The notes under the pieces were generated by a model, which saw only the letters and a program-made list of their open reading frames with translations, ran no database searches and had not been told where the DNA came from. A program made the translations under genes and the position numbers. This document shows, piece by piece, positions 12,165-23,024 of a stretch of DNA of 64,000 nucleotides; position 1 is the stretch's first letter, and every line of letters starts with the position of its first letter. Origin of the DNA: an uncultured Bacillota bacterium (GTDB taxonomy: Bacteria > Sysuimicrobiota > Sysuimicrobiia > Sysuimicrobiales > Segetimicrobiaceae); assembly GCA_963787105.1 (NCBI GenBank), contig CAWBBU010000013.1:8994-72993 (forward strand), given 5' to 3'.

Positions 12165-13058
12165 GACTCGACCTGCCGGTCGACGCCGGCGACGGCGCGG
12201 CCGATCCCGTCCGTGACGAGATTGCTGCCGACCGTGATGAGCGCGATGACCAGGACCGGCAGCAGCACCGGCCACGGGGCGACGTTCAGGCCGGACTGGT
12301 TCTCCTGGATCATGAGCGCCCAATCGGGCGCCGGCGGCTGCACGCCGAAGCCGAGGTAGTCGAGGCTCGCGATCAGGCCGATCGAGTACGTCAGCCGCAG
12401 CCCGAACTCGACGGTCAGCGGGGCCACCACGTTCGGCAGGATCTCGCCGAGCAAGATGCGGAACCGGGGGACGCCGATGCCCTCCGCGTACTTGATGAAA
12501 TCGAGATCGCGCACCTGCAGCGTCGCCGCGCGGATCACGCGCGCCGTCGGCGGCATGAAGGAAATGCCGACGACGAGCACGATCACCCAGAGGGCGGGAC
12601 CGATGATCGTGATGCACATGAGGACGAGCACGATCGACGGAAACGCGAGCAGGAGATCCACGCCCCGCATCAGCACCTCATCCGCGGCGCGCAGCGTGTA
12701 GCCCGCCACGAGACCGACGATCGTCCCCGTGGAGACGCCGATCATCGTCGAGACAAGCGCGAGGACGAGCACGGCGCGGCCGCCGTCGAGGAAGCGGCTC
12801 AGGACGTCGCGCCCGAGGTAGTCCGTGCCGAGCGGCGCCGCGTGCGACGGCGGCGAGAACGGGACGCCGACAAAGCCCGTCGCGCTGCGCGGGGCGACCG
12901 CCGGCCCGATGAAGGCCACGGCGACGACGCACCCCACGATCACGAGGCCGACCCGGGTGCGGCCGAACCGGCACGCCTGCCGACAGCAGCTGCCCCCACG
13001 TATCGGTCCGGCGCGGCACGGTCGTCGCCGGAGACGTCCCGGACGCGGCGACGCTCAC
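12161..13058 (-). CDS. Peptide ABC transporter permease (DppC/OppC-like), frameshift near 12985
   Basis: PLGTDYLGRDVLSR, EAA-loop-like FIKYAEGIGVPRFRILLGEILPN, GFGVQPPAPDW. Removing one T restores WGQLLRQACRFGRTRVG. Confidence 0.85.
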
Positions 13059-14018
13059 GTCCGTCCCCCCGCCGACGCGCGCAGGCGCGGGGTCACCAGA
13101 ATGACGAGAAGGTCCGCGGCGAGGTTCACGGTCACGTAGAACGCGGCGAGGATGACGGTCAGCGTCTGGATCAGCGGGATGTCGCGGTCGTTGACGGCCT
13201 CGACCAGCGTGCGGCCGAAGCCCGGATAGCCGAACACCGTCTCCACGACCACGACGCCGCCGGCGAGAAAGAGCAGCGTCAACGCCGTCGCCTGGATCGT
13301 CGGCGCGATCGCGTTGGGCAGCGCGTGGGTGAGGACGACGCGGCGTTCCGGCAGCCCCTTGAGCCGCGCCATCAGCACGTACTCGCTCTGCAGCACTTCC
13401 AACATGCTCGCCCGGATCATCCGGATGCGGATACGGCGCGACCCCGAGGACGAGCGTCAGGATCGGCAGCACCACCACGGTCAGCTGCTGCCAGATCGAC
13501 TTGGACGGATCGATGATCGACGCCGGCGGCAGCACGTGGAGGACGCTCGTGGCGAGCACGTAGATCAGCGCGATCCCGATCACGAACGCCGGCACCGCCG
13601 CCAGCACCAGGGTGAGCACCGAGATGACCGGGTCGATCCTGCCGTGGCTGCGCAGCGCGCTGAGCGTCCCGACGGCGAGCGCGAGCGGGGTCGCGATGAT
13701 CGTCGTCCCCGCGGCGAGAATGGCGGTGTTCTCGATGCCGGTCGAGACGATCTGGGAGACGGGCTCCTGCGACATGAGCGACGTCCCCCACCGGCCCGTG
13801 ACGAGCCCGCCCAACCAATGCCAGTACTGGAGCGCCGGAGGTTCGTCGAGGTGCATCTGCGCGCGCAACGCGGCGACCGACTCCGGCGTCGCGTAGCGGC
13901 CGAGCAGGCTCTGGGCCGCGTCGCCGGGGAGGAGCTGCGTCGCAATGAACACGAGCGCCGAGGCCAGCCACAGGATCAGGACCCCGGCGCCGACGCGACG
14001 CAGGATCAATCGTGTCAC
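13055..14018 (-). CDS. Peptide ABC transporter permease (DppB/OppB-like), frameshift near 13428
   Basis: LLPGDAAQSLLGRYAT...QYWHWL; IRASMLEVLQSEYVLMARLKGL; VVETVFGYPGFG; RDIPLIQ. Confidence 0.85.
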
Positions 14019-14133
14019 CCGGCCCTCCCGCCCGTCATCGTCGCGTTAGCGGAGCCCGCCGGTGCGGCGCGCCGCATGGACGCACCGCACCGGCGGGTGA
14101 ACAAACCGTCCACGTGCCGACATCGGATGGATC

Positions 14134-15663
14134 CTACCGGAGCGAGACCTCGCGGTAGCGATACTGTCCGAGGCTCCAGCCCGTCGAGGCGTCGGGGACC
14201 ATCCCGACCACGTCGGCGCTGTAGGCGTCGACCGTGGCCCGGTACGACGTGATGATGTCCCCACCAGTCTCATACAGAATCTTCTCGATCGCGCTGAACT
14301 TCTCGTTTCGCCGCTCGGCGCGGGTTTCGGTCAACGCATCCTTGTACAGCGCGATCGACTTCGGATCGCTCCAATGGGTCTCGTTGAAGATCCCGCCGGG
14401 GATGTTTCGCAGGGCGAACATGATCCCGAACGGCTTGTCGCCGTAGTAGCCCTGGCTGAACGGCCACAGCGTGAACTTCGAGCTGTAGACCGCGGGCTGG
14501 ACCACCTCCACGTTGACGGTGACCCCGGCGCCTTTCGCGTTCTCCGCGAACACCTGGGCGCCGGCGACCAGCCCGGCATCCACGTCCACGGTCACGAAGT
14601 TGAGCGTCAGGCTCGTCTGCCCCGCGGCCTTCAGCAGCGACTTCGCCTGATCGAGATCCTGCACGCGCTGCGCCACGTCGGCCGGGTACGCCGGGTCGTG
14701 CGGGCTCGGCATGTCGTTCCCGATCGAGCCGTAGCCGCTGTACACCTGCTGGACCGCCTGCGGCCGGTTGGCGATCAGCCGGAACGCCTGGCGGACGCGC
14801 ACGTCATTGAACGGCGGGAGATCGACCCGCATCGTGATCGGCTGGAAGTAGCCGGCCTTGGCGATCAGCACGCGGAGGTTCGACCGGGCTTGGATCACCG
14901 GGATCTGCGCCTGCGGCAGCCCGTCGATCGCGTCCACCTGGCCCGCGAGCAGCGCGTTCACCTGCGACGTGGGATCCGGGAAATCGATGATCACGAGTTG
15001 ATCGAGCTTCGGCTGGCCGCTGATCCAGTAGCGCGGGTTGCGGACGAAGACGCTCCGCTGGTTCGGCACGAAGCTCTGGAACATGAAGGGCCCCGAGCCG
15101 ACCGGCTTCGTCGGATCGAACCCGACCGGCACGATCGCGGTCTGGGGAATGTAGAAGCGCTCGGCGATGATCGCGTCGGGATAATTCAAGGTCAAACTCA
15201 CCGTCCGCGCGTCGACCTTCGTGAGCCCGTTCGCGTTGATCGAGCCGAGGCTCCGGGCCGCCCGGCCGGGATTCTTCGGATCGAGGATCCGCCGAAACGA
15301 GAAGATGAGGTCATCGGCGGTGACCGGCTTGCCGTCGTGCCACGTCGCGCCGCTGCGCAGGCGGATCGTGGCGACGGTCGCGGTCTTGTTCAGTTCGATC
15401 GACTCCGCGAGCCCGTAGTGGAGCGTGAAGTCCTGGTGGTCGAAGTACGTGAGCGTGTCGTAGAGGTTGAACGAGCGCTGCAGGTCCAAGTTCGATTGGC
15501 TAAAGTGGCAGTCCAGTGTGTCCCGTGGGCTGCCGAGACTCCCCACCCGCAGCGTGCGCGCCGCGGCCCCCGCAAACGCGTCCTTCCCCAGTGCCAGCCC
15601 GCCGACCGCGGCAAGGCCGGTAGAGACGAATCGACGTCGAGTCAGCCTGTTGAACTCAGCCAA
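14134..15663 (-). CDS. ABC transporter substrate-binding protein, family 5, Tat signal
   Basis: TRRRFVSTGLAAVGGLAL signal; LRSGATWHDGKPVTADD, PVGSGPF, VRVRQAF. Probable TTG start after GAGGAG. Confidence 0.88.
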   Translation of the reverse strand: MAEFNRLTRRRFVSTGLAAVGGLALGKDAFAGAAARTLRVGSLGSPRDTLDCHFSQSNLDLQRSFNLYDTLTYFDHQDFTLHYGLAESIELNKTATVATIRLRSGATWHDGKPVTADDLIFSFRRILDPKNPGRAARSLGSINANGLTKVDARTVSLTLNYPDAIIAERFYIPQTAIVPVGFDPTKPVGSGPFMFQSFVPNQRSVFVRNPRYWISGQPKLDQLVIIDFPDPTSQVNALLAGQVDAIDGLPQAQIPVIQARSNLRVLIAKAGYFQPITMRVDLPPFNDVRVRQAFRLIANRPQAVQQVYSGYGSIGNDMPSPHDPAYPADVAQRVQDLDQAKSLLKAAGQTSLTLNFVTVDVDAGLVAGAQVFAENAKGAGVTVNVEVVQPAVYSSKFTLWPFSQGYYGDKPFGIMFALRNIPGGIFNETHWSDPKSIALYKDALTETRAERRNEKFSAIEKILYETGGDIITSYRATVDAYSADVVGMVPDASTGWSLGQYRYREVSLR

Positions 15664-15838
15664 GGATCTTCTCCTCTCCCCCTCGCAACGGATCTGATGA
15701 ATAATCACGAAAATCTACGCGTTAATTCCGGTTGGGTTCGCGTTGCCGATGTTATCTCCTGCCGTGTGGGGACAGGGACCCGGGCGGACAGCCACCGTGG
15801 AGTGCGAGGACCCCGGCGGAACGCCCGATCGAGGCGCA

Positions 15839-15867
15839 GTTACACGTTTGTGACGAGTTCGTGACGA
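15839..15867. promoter_or_regulatory. 11-bp-period direct repeats (OmpR/PhoB-type box candidate)
   Basis: GTTACAC-gttt-GTGACGA-gttc-GTGACGA at 15839, 15850 and 15861, between the divergent SBP and response-regulator genes. Confidence 0.5.
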
Positions 15868-15921
15868 TTGCCCAACACGCGAGCGCCACGATCAGGAGAG
15901 CCCCACTCAGGGAGGGACCAC

Positions 15922-16722
15922 GTGACCGTAGGAGAATCGACTAGGCTGCACCCATCGAGGTTGCCGATGCTGGACGCGCATGCGAAAGATAAAGGAAGCG
16001 CACCGCCGCTCAAGCGGGAACGACCGACGGGCGGCCGTATTCTCGTCGTCGACGACGAGCCGAACATCGTGGAGCTGGTGAAGTACAATCTGGCCCAGGA
16101 AGGGTACGAGGTCGTGGTCTCGTACGACGGCCGCGACGCCCTCGAGAAGGCCCGGACCGTCGGACCGGACCTGGTGGTGCTGGATCTGATGCTGCCGTAC
16201 GTGGATGGGCTCGAGGTCTGCCGGGCGCTCCGGCGGGAGTCGTCGGTCCCGATCCTCATGCTGACGGCCAAAGACACCGAGCAGGACCGCGTGCTCGGCC
16301 TCGAACTCGGGGCCGACGACTACGTCACGAAGCCGTTCAGCCCGCGGGAATTGGTCGCGCGCGTGCGCGCGATTCTCCGCCGGTCGACCCACGAAGCGTC
16401 CCCGTCCGAGGAAATCCCGGTGACCGCGGGCGGGCTCTCCCTCGACCCCAAGACGCACGAAGTGAAGCTGCGCGAGCGCCTGATCGAGTTGACGACGAAG
16501 GAGTTCGACGTGCTTCGCCTGCTGATGAGCCACCCGAACCAAGTGTTCACGCGCGATTTCCTGCTGGAGCACATCTGGGGCTACGAGTACTTCGGCAGCA
16601 CCCGGACCGTCGACATGCACATCAGCCGCCTGCGCGAGAAGATCGAGGACGATCCGATCGCCCCCACCTACGTCATGACCGTCCGGGGCGTCGGCTACAA
16701 GTTCAAGAAGGAGGTCGGATGA
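15922..16722 (+). CDS. OmpR/PhoB-family response regulator (PhoP/WalR-like)
   Basis: [69 protein letters not shown] start after GGGAGG. Confidence 0.92.
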   Translation: MTVGESTRLHPSRLPMLDAHAKDKGSAPPLKRERPTGGRILVVDDEPNIVELVKYNLAQEGYEVVVSYDGRDALEKARTVGPDLVVLDLMLPYVDGLEVCRALRRESSVPILMLTAKDTEQDRVLGLELGADDYVTKPFSPRELVARVRAILRRSTHEASPSEEIPVTAGGLSLDPKTHEVKLRERLIELTTKEFDVLRLLMSHPNQVFTRDFLLEHIWGYEYFGSTRTVDMHISRLREKIEDDPIAPTYVMTVRGVGYKFKKEVG

Positions 16723-18495
16723 GGCGCAGCCTCCGGTGGAAGCTGACCACCAGCTATCTGCTGCTGGTCGCGTTTTCGCTCGCCGTCGCGGCCGCCTATC
16801 TGATCCCGGCGATCACCCGGTTCTACCTCGCGTCGTATCAGCGGGACGTCCTCAACCAGGCCGAGATGGTCGCGCGGATGCTGGAGCGGCCGGGGCTGCA
16901 GCGCACGCCGCTGTCCACGCTCGATAGGATCGCGTCGACGTTCGCGTGGCGGGACAAAGTCTATATCGGCGTCCGCGAGCCGAACGGGCAGACGCTGGCG
17001 ACGAGCACGTCGGACACGCCGGGACGCCCGATCGGCCCCGAGGTCGCCTCCGCGGCGCGGGGCGAGCCGGCGTCCAGCGTCCGCTACGACGCGCCGCGCG
17101 GGGAAGCACGCGTCTTCGCCGCCGCCCCCATTCTTCAGAACGGTCGGGTGCGGGCCGTCGTGCAGGTCAGCCTCCCGAGAATCTGGGTGGACCGCGCGCT
17201 CCTGCCCGCGTGGTGGGCGCTGTTCACGGCGCTGGTGCTCGGGACGATCGCGGCGCTCGCGCTCGGGACCTGGCGGGCGCGGGCGCTGTCGTGGCCCGTG
17301 CTCGAGCTCGCGCGCGCGGCGAAGAGCATCTCGGCGGGGGACCTCACCAAACAGGTGAGCGTCCGGGGAGAGGACGAGATCGCGCAGCTGGCCGCCGCGT
17401 TCAACACGATGGCGGCCGAACTCCGGCACAAACTCGCGGCGGTCAACGAGGAACACGCCCGGGTCGAGGCGATCATCTCGAGCATGAACGACGCGGTGGT
17501 CGCCGTCGACGCCCAAGGCGTGATCCTCCTCGTGAACCGCGCCGCGGGCGACCTCCTGGGTCTCGGCGCCGACACGCGCGGCCAGCCGCTGCGCCCGCTG
17601 CTGGGATCGCACCCCCTCTGCCGGTTTATCGACGCCACGGCGGCGCGGGGCGCGGTGGTGGAGGAAGAGGTCAGCCTCGGCCCGCCCGATGAGCGGCTGC
17701 TCGAGGTCCACGCGACGCCGCTGCGGCCGCTCGGGGAGAGCGCCGGCGGTGTCGTGGCCGTCGTCCGCGACGTCACGGAATTGCGCCAGAGCGAGCGGCT
17801 CCGCCGGGAACTCACGGCGAACGTGTCGCACGAACTCAAGACGCCGCTGACCTCGATCAAGGGGTTCGCGGAAACGCTGCTCGCCGGTGCGATGGCCGAC
17901 GAGGGCTCCTGCCGCCGATTCCTCACGATCATCGACGACGAGGCGTCCCGATTGATGAAGCTCGTGGACGACTTGATGAGCCTGTCCCGGCTGGAATCCC
18001 GCGCGGTGGCGATCGAACCGGTGCCGGTTCGGCTCGATCAGCTCGCCGACGAAGCGATGGGCCGGATGCGGCCGCAGGCCGAGCGCCGCCGGATCGTGCT
18101 GCGCGCGAGCGTCCTTGAACCCGAGATCGTCATGGCCGACGCCGACCAGATTCTGCACGTGCTGACCAACCTGCTCGACAACGCGATCAAGTTCACCCCG
18201 GAAGACGGCACCGTCGAGGTCGCGGTACGCGGGAACAAGGGCGGCGCTGAAGTCGAGGTCTCCGACTCCGGCCGCGGCATCCCGGACGACGCGCTCCCGC
18301 GGATCTTCGATCGGTTCTATCGGGTGGAGCGATCCCGCAGCCGCGAGGAAGGCGGCACCGGGCTCGGGCTCGCGATCGCGAAGCATATCATCGACGCACA
18401 CGGCGGGGCAGATCAGCGCGGGCAGCCGCGTGGGACGCGGCAGCGTCTTCACCGTGCGGCTGCCGGGTGCGGCCCCGGCCCGGGCGCGGACGTAG
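16719..18495 (+). CDS. PhoR/WalK-like sensor histidine kinase (TM-HAMP-PAS-HisKA-HATPase); extra G in a G run near 18405
   Basis: [13 protein letters not shown] (HAMP), [51 protein letters not shown]. The corrected tail is [22 protein letters not shown], ending at TAG 18495. Confidence 0.9.
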
Positions 18496-19400
18496 GCGGC
18501 ACCGCCCGCCAGCCGGCCGCGGTCGCGGCGATCCCGGCGAGCACCAGGCCGGTCCCGATCCAGAACCAGACCCCGAGCGCGTCCCCGAACAGCGCGGCCG
18601 ACGCGCCGACGCCCACCAGCGGCTGCAGGTACTGCAGCGCCGCCGCGACCCGCACGGGGAGGCGCGAGAGCGCGCCGAACCAGATCCACAACCCCAGCAC
18701 CGTGACCAAGAGCGCCAGGTAGAAGACGACAAGCACGCCGAGTGCGCTCGGGTGCACCGGGCTGTGCGCGAGCTCCCACCACGCGATCGGCACGAGCGCG
18801 GCGGCGCCTGCGAGCGAGGTCAGCGCGGCGACCGTCACGACCGAGTACCGGTTGAACGAACGGCACGCTGAGCACGTAGTACAGGGCGACCGCCACGGAG
18901 GAAACCACCATCAGCGCGTCTCCTCGACCGCGGTCGGTGCCCGCGAGCGAGGCCAGCGAGGCAAGGCGCCGCGGATCGCCGGTCGCGACGAGCGCCACGC
19001 CGATGAACGCGACGGCGAGCCCGAGCGCCTGGCGGCCGCTGAGCGGCTGGCGAAGGCACACGGCGCCGATCGCGACCACCAACACGGGGATCAGCGCCGA
19101 GATCACGACCGCCGCCGACGCGGACGTGTCCGAGACGCCGAGGGTCTGCGCGACCTGCCCGACGACGATCCCCAAGACGCCGATCCCGGCGAGCTGAGCC
19201 AGGACGCGCGGCGGGGGGAGCGCGCGGCCGCGGAGCATCGCGACAAAGAATGGCGCCGCGACCCCATACCGGAGTGCCGTCAGCGTGAGCGGGGGAAACG
19301 ACCGGAGGCCGAGCTTCGTCAGCGGCACGCTGCCGCCCCAGATGACGGCCAGCAGCACGAGCACGCCCAGCGGCCCGGGCAGGCTGCGCGTGACGCGAGC
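18449..19400 (-). CDS. EamA/DMT family transporter, frameshift near 18850; start uncertain
   Basis: [16 protein letters not shown]...ALRYGVA; [12 protein letters not shown]; [12 protein letters not shown]. About 10 TM segments. Confidence 0.8.
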
Positions 19401-19404
19401 GCTG

Positions 19405-20118
19405 CTAGAGTTCGCCGAGGTAGCTCTTGCGGACGAGGTCGTTCTCCCGGAGGAGTTCGGCACGATCGGCGAGGACGACCCGGCCGGTCTCGAGCACGTA
19501 CCCGCGCCGCGCCACCGCGAGCGCCATCAGCGCGTTCTGCTCCACGAGCAGGATGGTCACGCCCTGGGCGTTGATCTCCTGGATCGTCTTGAAGATGAGC
19601 TCCACGAGCACCGGCGCGAGACCCATCGACGGCTCATCGAGCAGCATGATCTTGGGCCGGGCCATGAGGCCGCGCCCGATCGCCAGCATCTGCTGCTCGC
19701 CGCCGGAGAGCGTGCCGGCGATCTGCGTCAGCCGCTCGCGCAGGCGCGGAAACAGCTCGCACACGCGCTCCAGATCCGCCGCGATCGCCTGCGTGTCCGA
19801 CCGCGTGAACGCCCCCATCCGGAGGTTGTCGAGCACGCTCATGCGGGGGAAGATCCGCCGGCCCTCGGGGACCAGACAGACCCCGCGGCGCGTGATGTCG
19901 TGCGGCGCCAGGCCGCTGATCGGGACCCCGTCCAGAAGCACGGTGCCCGGCCTCGGGCGGAGAAAGCCCGAGATCGTCTTGAGCGTCGTGCTTTTCCCGG
20001 CGCCGTTCGCGCCGATCAGCGTCACGATCTCGCCGTCGTCGACCGTGATCGACACGCCGTGGAGCGCGTGGATGTGTCCGTAGTAGGCGTGGACGCCGTC
20101 AACGACGAGCGAGGCCAT
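19405..20118 (-). CDS. livF: Branched-chain amino acid ABC transporter ATP-binding protein
   Basis: GANGAGKSTT, AGTLSGGEQQMLAIGRGLM, LDEPSMGLAP, LVEQNA. Confidence 0.92.
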   Translation of the reverse strand: MASLVVDGVHAYYGHIHALHGVSITVDDGEIVTLIGANGAGKSTTLKTISGFLRPRPGTVLLDGVPISGLAPHDITRRGVCLVPEGRRIFPRMSVLDNLRMGAFTRSDTQAIAADLERVCELFPRLRERLTQIAGTLSGGEQQMLAIGRGLMARPKIMLLDEPSMGLAPVLVELIFKTIQEINAQGVTILLVEQNALMALAVARRGYVLETGRVVLADRAELLRENDLVRKSYLGEL

Positions 20119-20948
20119 CAGAGTGCCGCCTTCCCGAGATACGCCTCGATGACCCGCGGGTCGCGCTTGATCTCGTCGGGGGTGCCCTCGGCGATCTTCT
20201 CGCCGTGGTCGAGCACCGTGACGCGGTCGGCGACGCCCATGACGACGCGCATCTGGTGTTCGATCAACAGCACGCTCACGCCGAGCCGCTCGCGCAGCGC
20301 CCGGATGAATTCCATCAACCGCCGCGCCTCCTCGGGATTCATGCCGGCGGCCGGCTCGTCCAGCAGGATCAGGCGCGGCCGGAGCGCCAGCGCGCGCGCG
20401 ATCTCGAGCCGGCGCTGATCCCCGTACGGCAGGTTCTTCGCGAACTCGTCGTCGCGCCGCGTCAGCCCCACGAACACCAGCAGCTCGCGCGCGGCCGCGT
20501 GCGCCTCCCGCTCCTCGCGGGCGACCCCGCGCGTCCCCGCGACGATGCGCAGCGGATCCGCGGTGAGGCGCGTGTGCATCCCGATCAGCACATTCTCGAG
20601 CGCGGTCATGTTGGCGAAGACCCGGATGTTCTGGAACGTGCGGGCGATCCCCAGGCGCGCGATCTCGTGCGGCTTGCGTCCGGTGATGTTGTCCCCGGCG
20701 AACGCGATCGTGCCCGAGGTCGGATGATAGAGGCCCGCGACCACGTTGAAAAACGTCGTCTTCCCCGCGCCGTTCGGTCCGATCAGGCTCACGATGCCGC
20801 GCTCCGGCACCGTGAAATCGACGCTGTTCACCGCGACGAGGCCGCCGAACGCCTTGGTCACGCCTCGCGCATCGAGGAGGAGACCGCCGGGCGCCGTCCC
20901 CGCGCCCGGCGCCGTCACAATCTCAAGAATCCGGGCGTCCGTGCTCAC
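20118..20948 (-). CDS. livG: Branched-chain amino acid ABC transporter ATP-binding protein
   Basis: GPNGAGKTT, ARTFQNIR, LPYGDQRRLEIARAL, LDEPAAGMN, VIEAYLG. Confidence 0.92.
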   Translation of the reverse strand: MSTDARILEIVTAPGAGTAPGGLLLDARGVTKAFGGLVAVNSVDFTVPERGIVSLIGPNGAGKTTFFNVVAGLYHPTSGTIAFAGDNITGRKPHEIARLGIARTFQNIRVFANMTALENVLIGMHTRLTADPLRIVAGTRGVAREEREAHAAARELLVFVGLTRRDDEFAKNLPYGDQRRLEIARALALRPRLILLDEPAAGMNPEEARRLMEFIRALRERLGVSVLLIEHQMRVVMGVADRVTVLDHGEKIAEGTPDEIKRDPRVIEAYLGKAAL

Positions 20949-22036
20949 GCGTCGGCCCCCGGCGGTGCCGCCACCGGCTCGTCGCCCACTTCGACGCTTT
21001 CCAGCGTCTCATGCTGGGGCTCCTCGATGAGCATGCGGATGCGCCGCGCCGGGAACAGTCCCTCGGGCCGCAGCAGCATCAAGAGAATCAGACCCAGGCC
21101 ATACAGCAGAAACTTCAGGCTCACGAAATCCAGCTGCGTCAGGACCGGCATGTGCCAGGCGACACCGAGGCTGTGCGACCACTGCGTGAGGTCGGCCAGA
21201 AACAGCGTCTGGAACAGGTACAGGAGGGCGGCGCCCACGATCACGCCGAATACGTTCCCCATCCCGCCGAGGACCACCATCGCGAGGACCGTGAATGAGA
21301 CCGTGAAGTTGAACTGGTCCGGGCTGACAATCCCGAGCTTGGCGACGTACAGCGCCCCCGCGAACCCGGAGAAGAACGCCCCGAACGAGAACGCGAGCAG
21401 CTTGGTCGTCGTCAGGTTGATGCCCATCGAGGCCGCGGCGATCTCGTCCTCCCGGATCGCGAGCCACGCCCGCCCGAGCCGCGAGTCCCGCAGGCGCAGA
21501 ATCGCGACGACGGACACCGCGATCACCACGAGCAGCGTGTAGTAGTACGGCGTGGGGTTGTAGCCGAATTGGTACCCGAACAGCGTCGGCTGGTAAATGC
21601 CCGGCACCCCGTTCGTGCCGCCGGTGTACTTTGGCAGATTCAGAAACACCGTCGGCACGATCTCCCCGAAGCCGAGGGTGACAATCGCGAGATAGTCGCC
21701 GCGCAGCCGCAGCGTGGGGAAGCCGAGCAGCGCCCCGAAGACGCCGGCGATGACCGCCGCGAGAATCATCATCGGCCAGAACGGCATGTGCAGGCCGTAG
21801 AACGGCGACGCCGACAGCGCGTAGGTGTATGAGCCGATCGCGAAAAACGCGGCGTACCCGAGATCGAGCAGGCCCGCGAACCCCACGACGATATTGAGTC
21901 CGAGGGCCAGCAGGACGAACACCGCGGCGTCCGCCGCGTTGCTGATATGGCCCGCGTTGTGATCCCAGAGCGGCAGCGTCAGGAGCCCGACGCCGAGCGC
22001 GAGGAGCAGGACGAACCGGGCGGCCCCCCGCACCAC
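20945..22036 (-). CDS. livM: Branched-chain amino acid ABC transporter permease
   Basis: LGLNIVVGFAGLLDLGYAAF, LRLRGDYLAIVTLGFGEI, GRAWLAIREDEIAAASMG. Confidence 0.92.
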   Translation of the reverse strand: MVRGAARFVLLLALGVGLLTLPLWDHNAGHISNAADAAVFVLLALGLNIVVGFAGLLDLGYAAFFAIGSYTYALSASPFYGLHMPFWPMMILAAVIAGVFGALLGFPTLRLRGDYLAIVTLGFGEIVPTVFLNLPKYTGGTNGVPGIYQPTLFGYQFGYNPTPYYYTLLVVIAVSVVAILRLRDSRLGRAWLAIREDEIAAASMGINLTTTKLLAFSFGAFFSGFAGALYVAKLGIVSPDQFNFTVSFTVLAMVVLGGMGNVFGVIVGAALLYLFQTLFLADLTQWSHSLGVAWHMPVLTQLDFVSLKFLLYGLGLILLMLLRPEGLFPARRIRMLIEEPQHETLESVEVGDEPVAAPPGADA

Positions 22037-22042
22037 GAAGCG

Positions 22043-22984
22043 CTACGCTCGCTCCGAGAGCTGCTGGCCGAGAATGCCGGTGGGGCGAAACACGAGCACG
22101 AGAATCAGCACCGAGAAGATCGTGACTTCCGCCCACTGAAACCCGACGTACTGCGCCGTCATCACCTCGACGAAGCCGATGACGAAGCCGCCGAGCGCCG
22201 CGCCGGTCGTGTTCCCGATGCCCCCGAGCACGGCCGCGGTAAACGCGATCAGCCCCGCGCGAAACCCGTTGATGAACCAGATGTTTCCGTAGTAGAGGCC
22301 CGTGATCACCCCGGCCGCGCCGGCGAGGAGCGAGCCGATGAAGAACGTCAGCGCGATCGTCTTGTTGATGTCGATGCCCATGATCTCCGCGGCCATCCAG
22401 TCCTGGGCGGTGGCGCGCATCGCCTTCCCCAGCTTCGTCCCCTGGACGAAGAAATGGAGGGCGACCATCATGAGGAGCGAGGAGAAGATCACGACGAGCT
22501 GCATCTGCCCGATGCTGATCTGGCCGATGGCGAAGAACGGGTTCGGCACGAGCTCGGGGAACGGCACCGGGGACGGCCCGTACCAGATCTGCAGCAGATT
22601 TTCGATGCTGAACGAGACGCCGATCGCGGTCAGGAGCGGGGCCAGCCTCGGCTTGCCGCGCAGCGGCCGGTACGCGAACCGCTCGATCACGACGCCGGTC
22701 GTGCCCATGATCAGCATCGTCAAGAGGAACGTGACGATCAGGGCGAACACAATCCCCGCCGCCGCGCTGTGTCCGGTGACCCCGAGCCCGGTCAAGAGCG
22801 CGAGCGCCACGAACGACCCCGCCGTGTACACGTCCCCGTGGGCGAAGTTGATCAGCTCGACGATGCCGTAGACCATGGTGTACCCGAGGGCGATCACGGC
22901 GTAAATCGCCCCGAGCGACAGCCCGTTGATCAGCTGTTGGACGAGTAGGGTCCAGTTCACGGGTATGGTGGGAAGGGGCGGCAC
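22043..22984 (-). CDS. livH: Branched-chain amino acid ABC transporter permease
   Basis: QQLINGLSLGAIYAVIALGYTMVYGIVELINFAHG, GKAMRA, AFTAAVLGGIG. Confidence 0.92.
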   Translation of the reverse strand: MPPLPTIPVNWTLLVQQLINGLSLGAIYAVIALGYTMVYGIVELINFAHGDVYTAGSFVALALLTGLGVTGHSAAAGIVFALIVTFLLTMLIMGTTGVVIERFAYRPLRGKPRLAPLLTAIGVSFSIENLLQIWYGPSPVPFPELVPNPFFAIGQISIGQMQLVVIFSSLLMMVALHFFVQGTKLGKAMRATAQDWMAAEIMGIDINKTIALTFFIGSLLAGAAGVITGLYYGNIWFINGFRAGLIAFTAAVLGGIGNTTGAALGGFVIGFVEVMTAQYVGFQWAEVTIFSVLILVLVFRPTGILGQQLSERA

Positions 22985-23024
22985 CTGCCGCCCCTTCCCC
23001 GCTCCGCCTGAGTCGACTCGGTGA

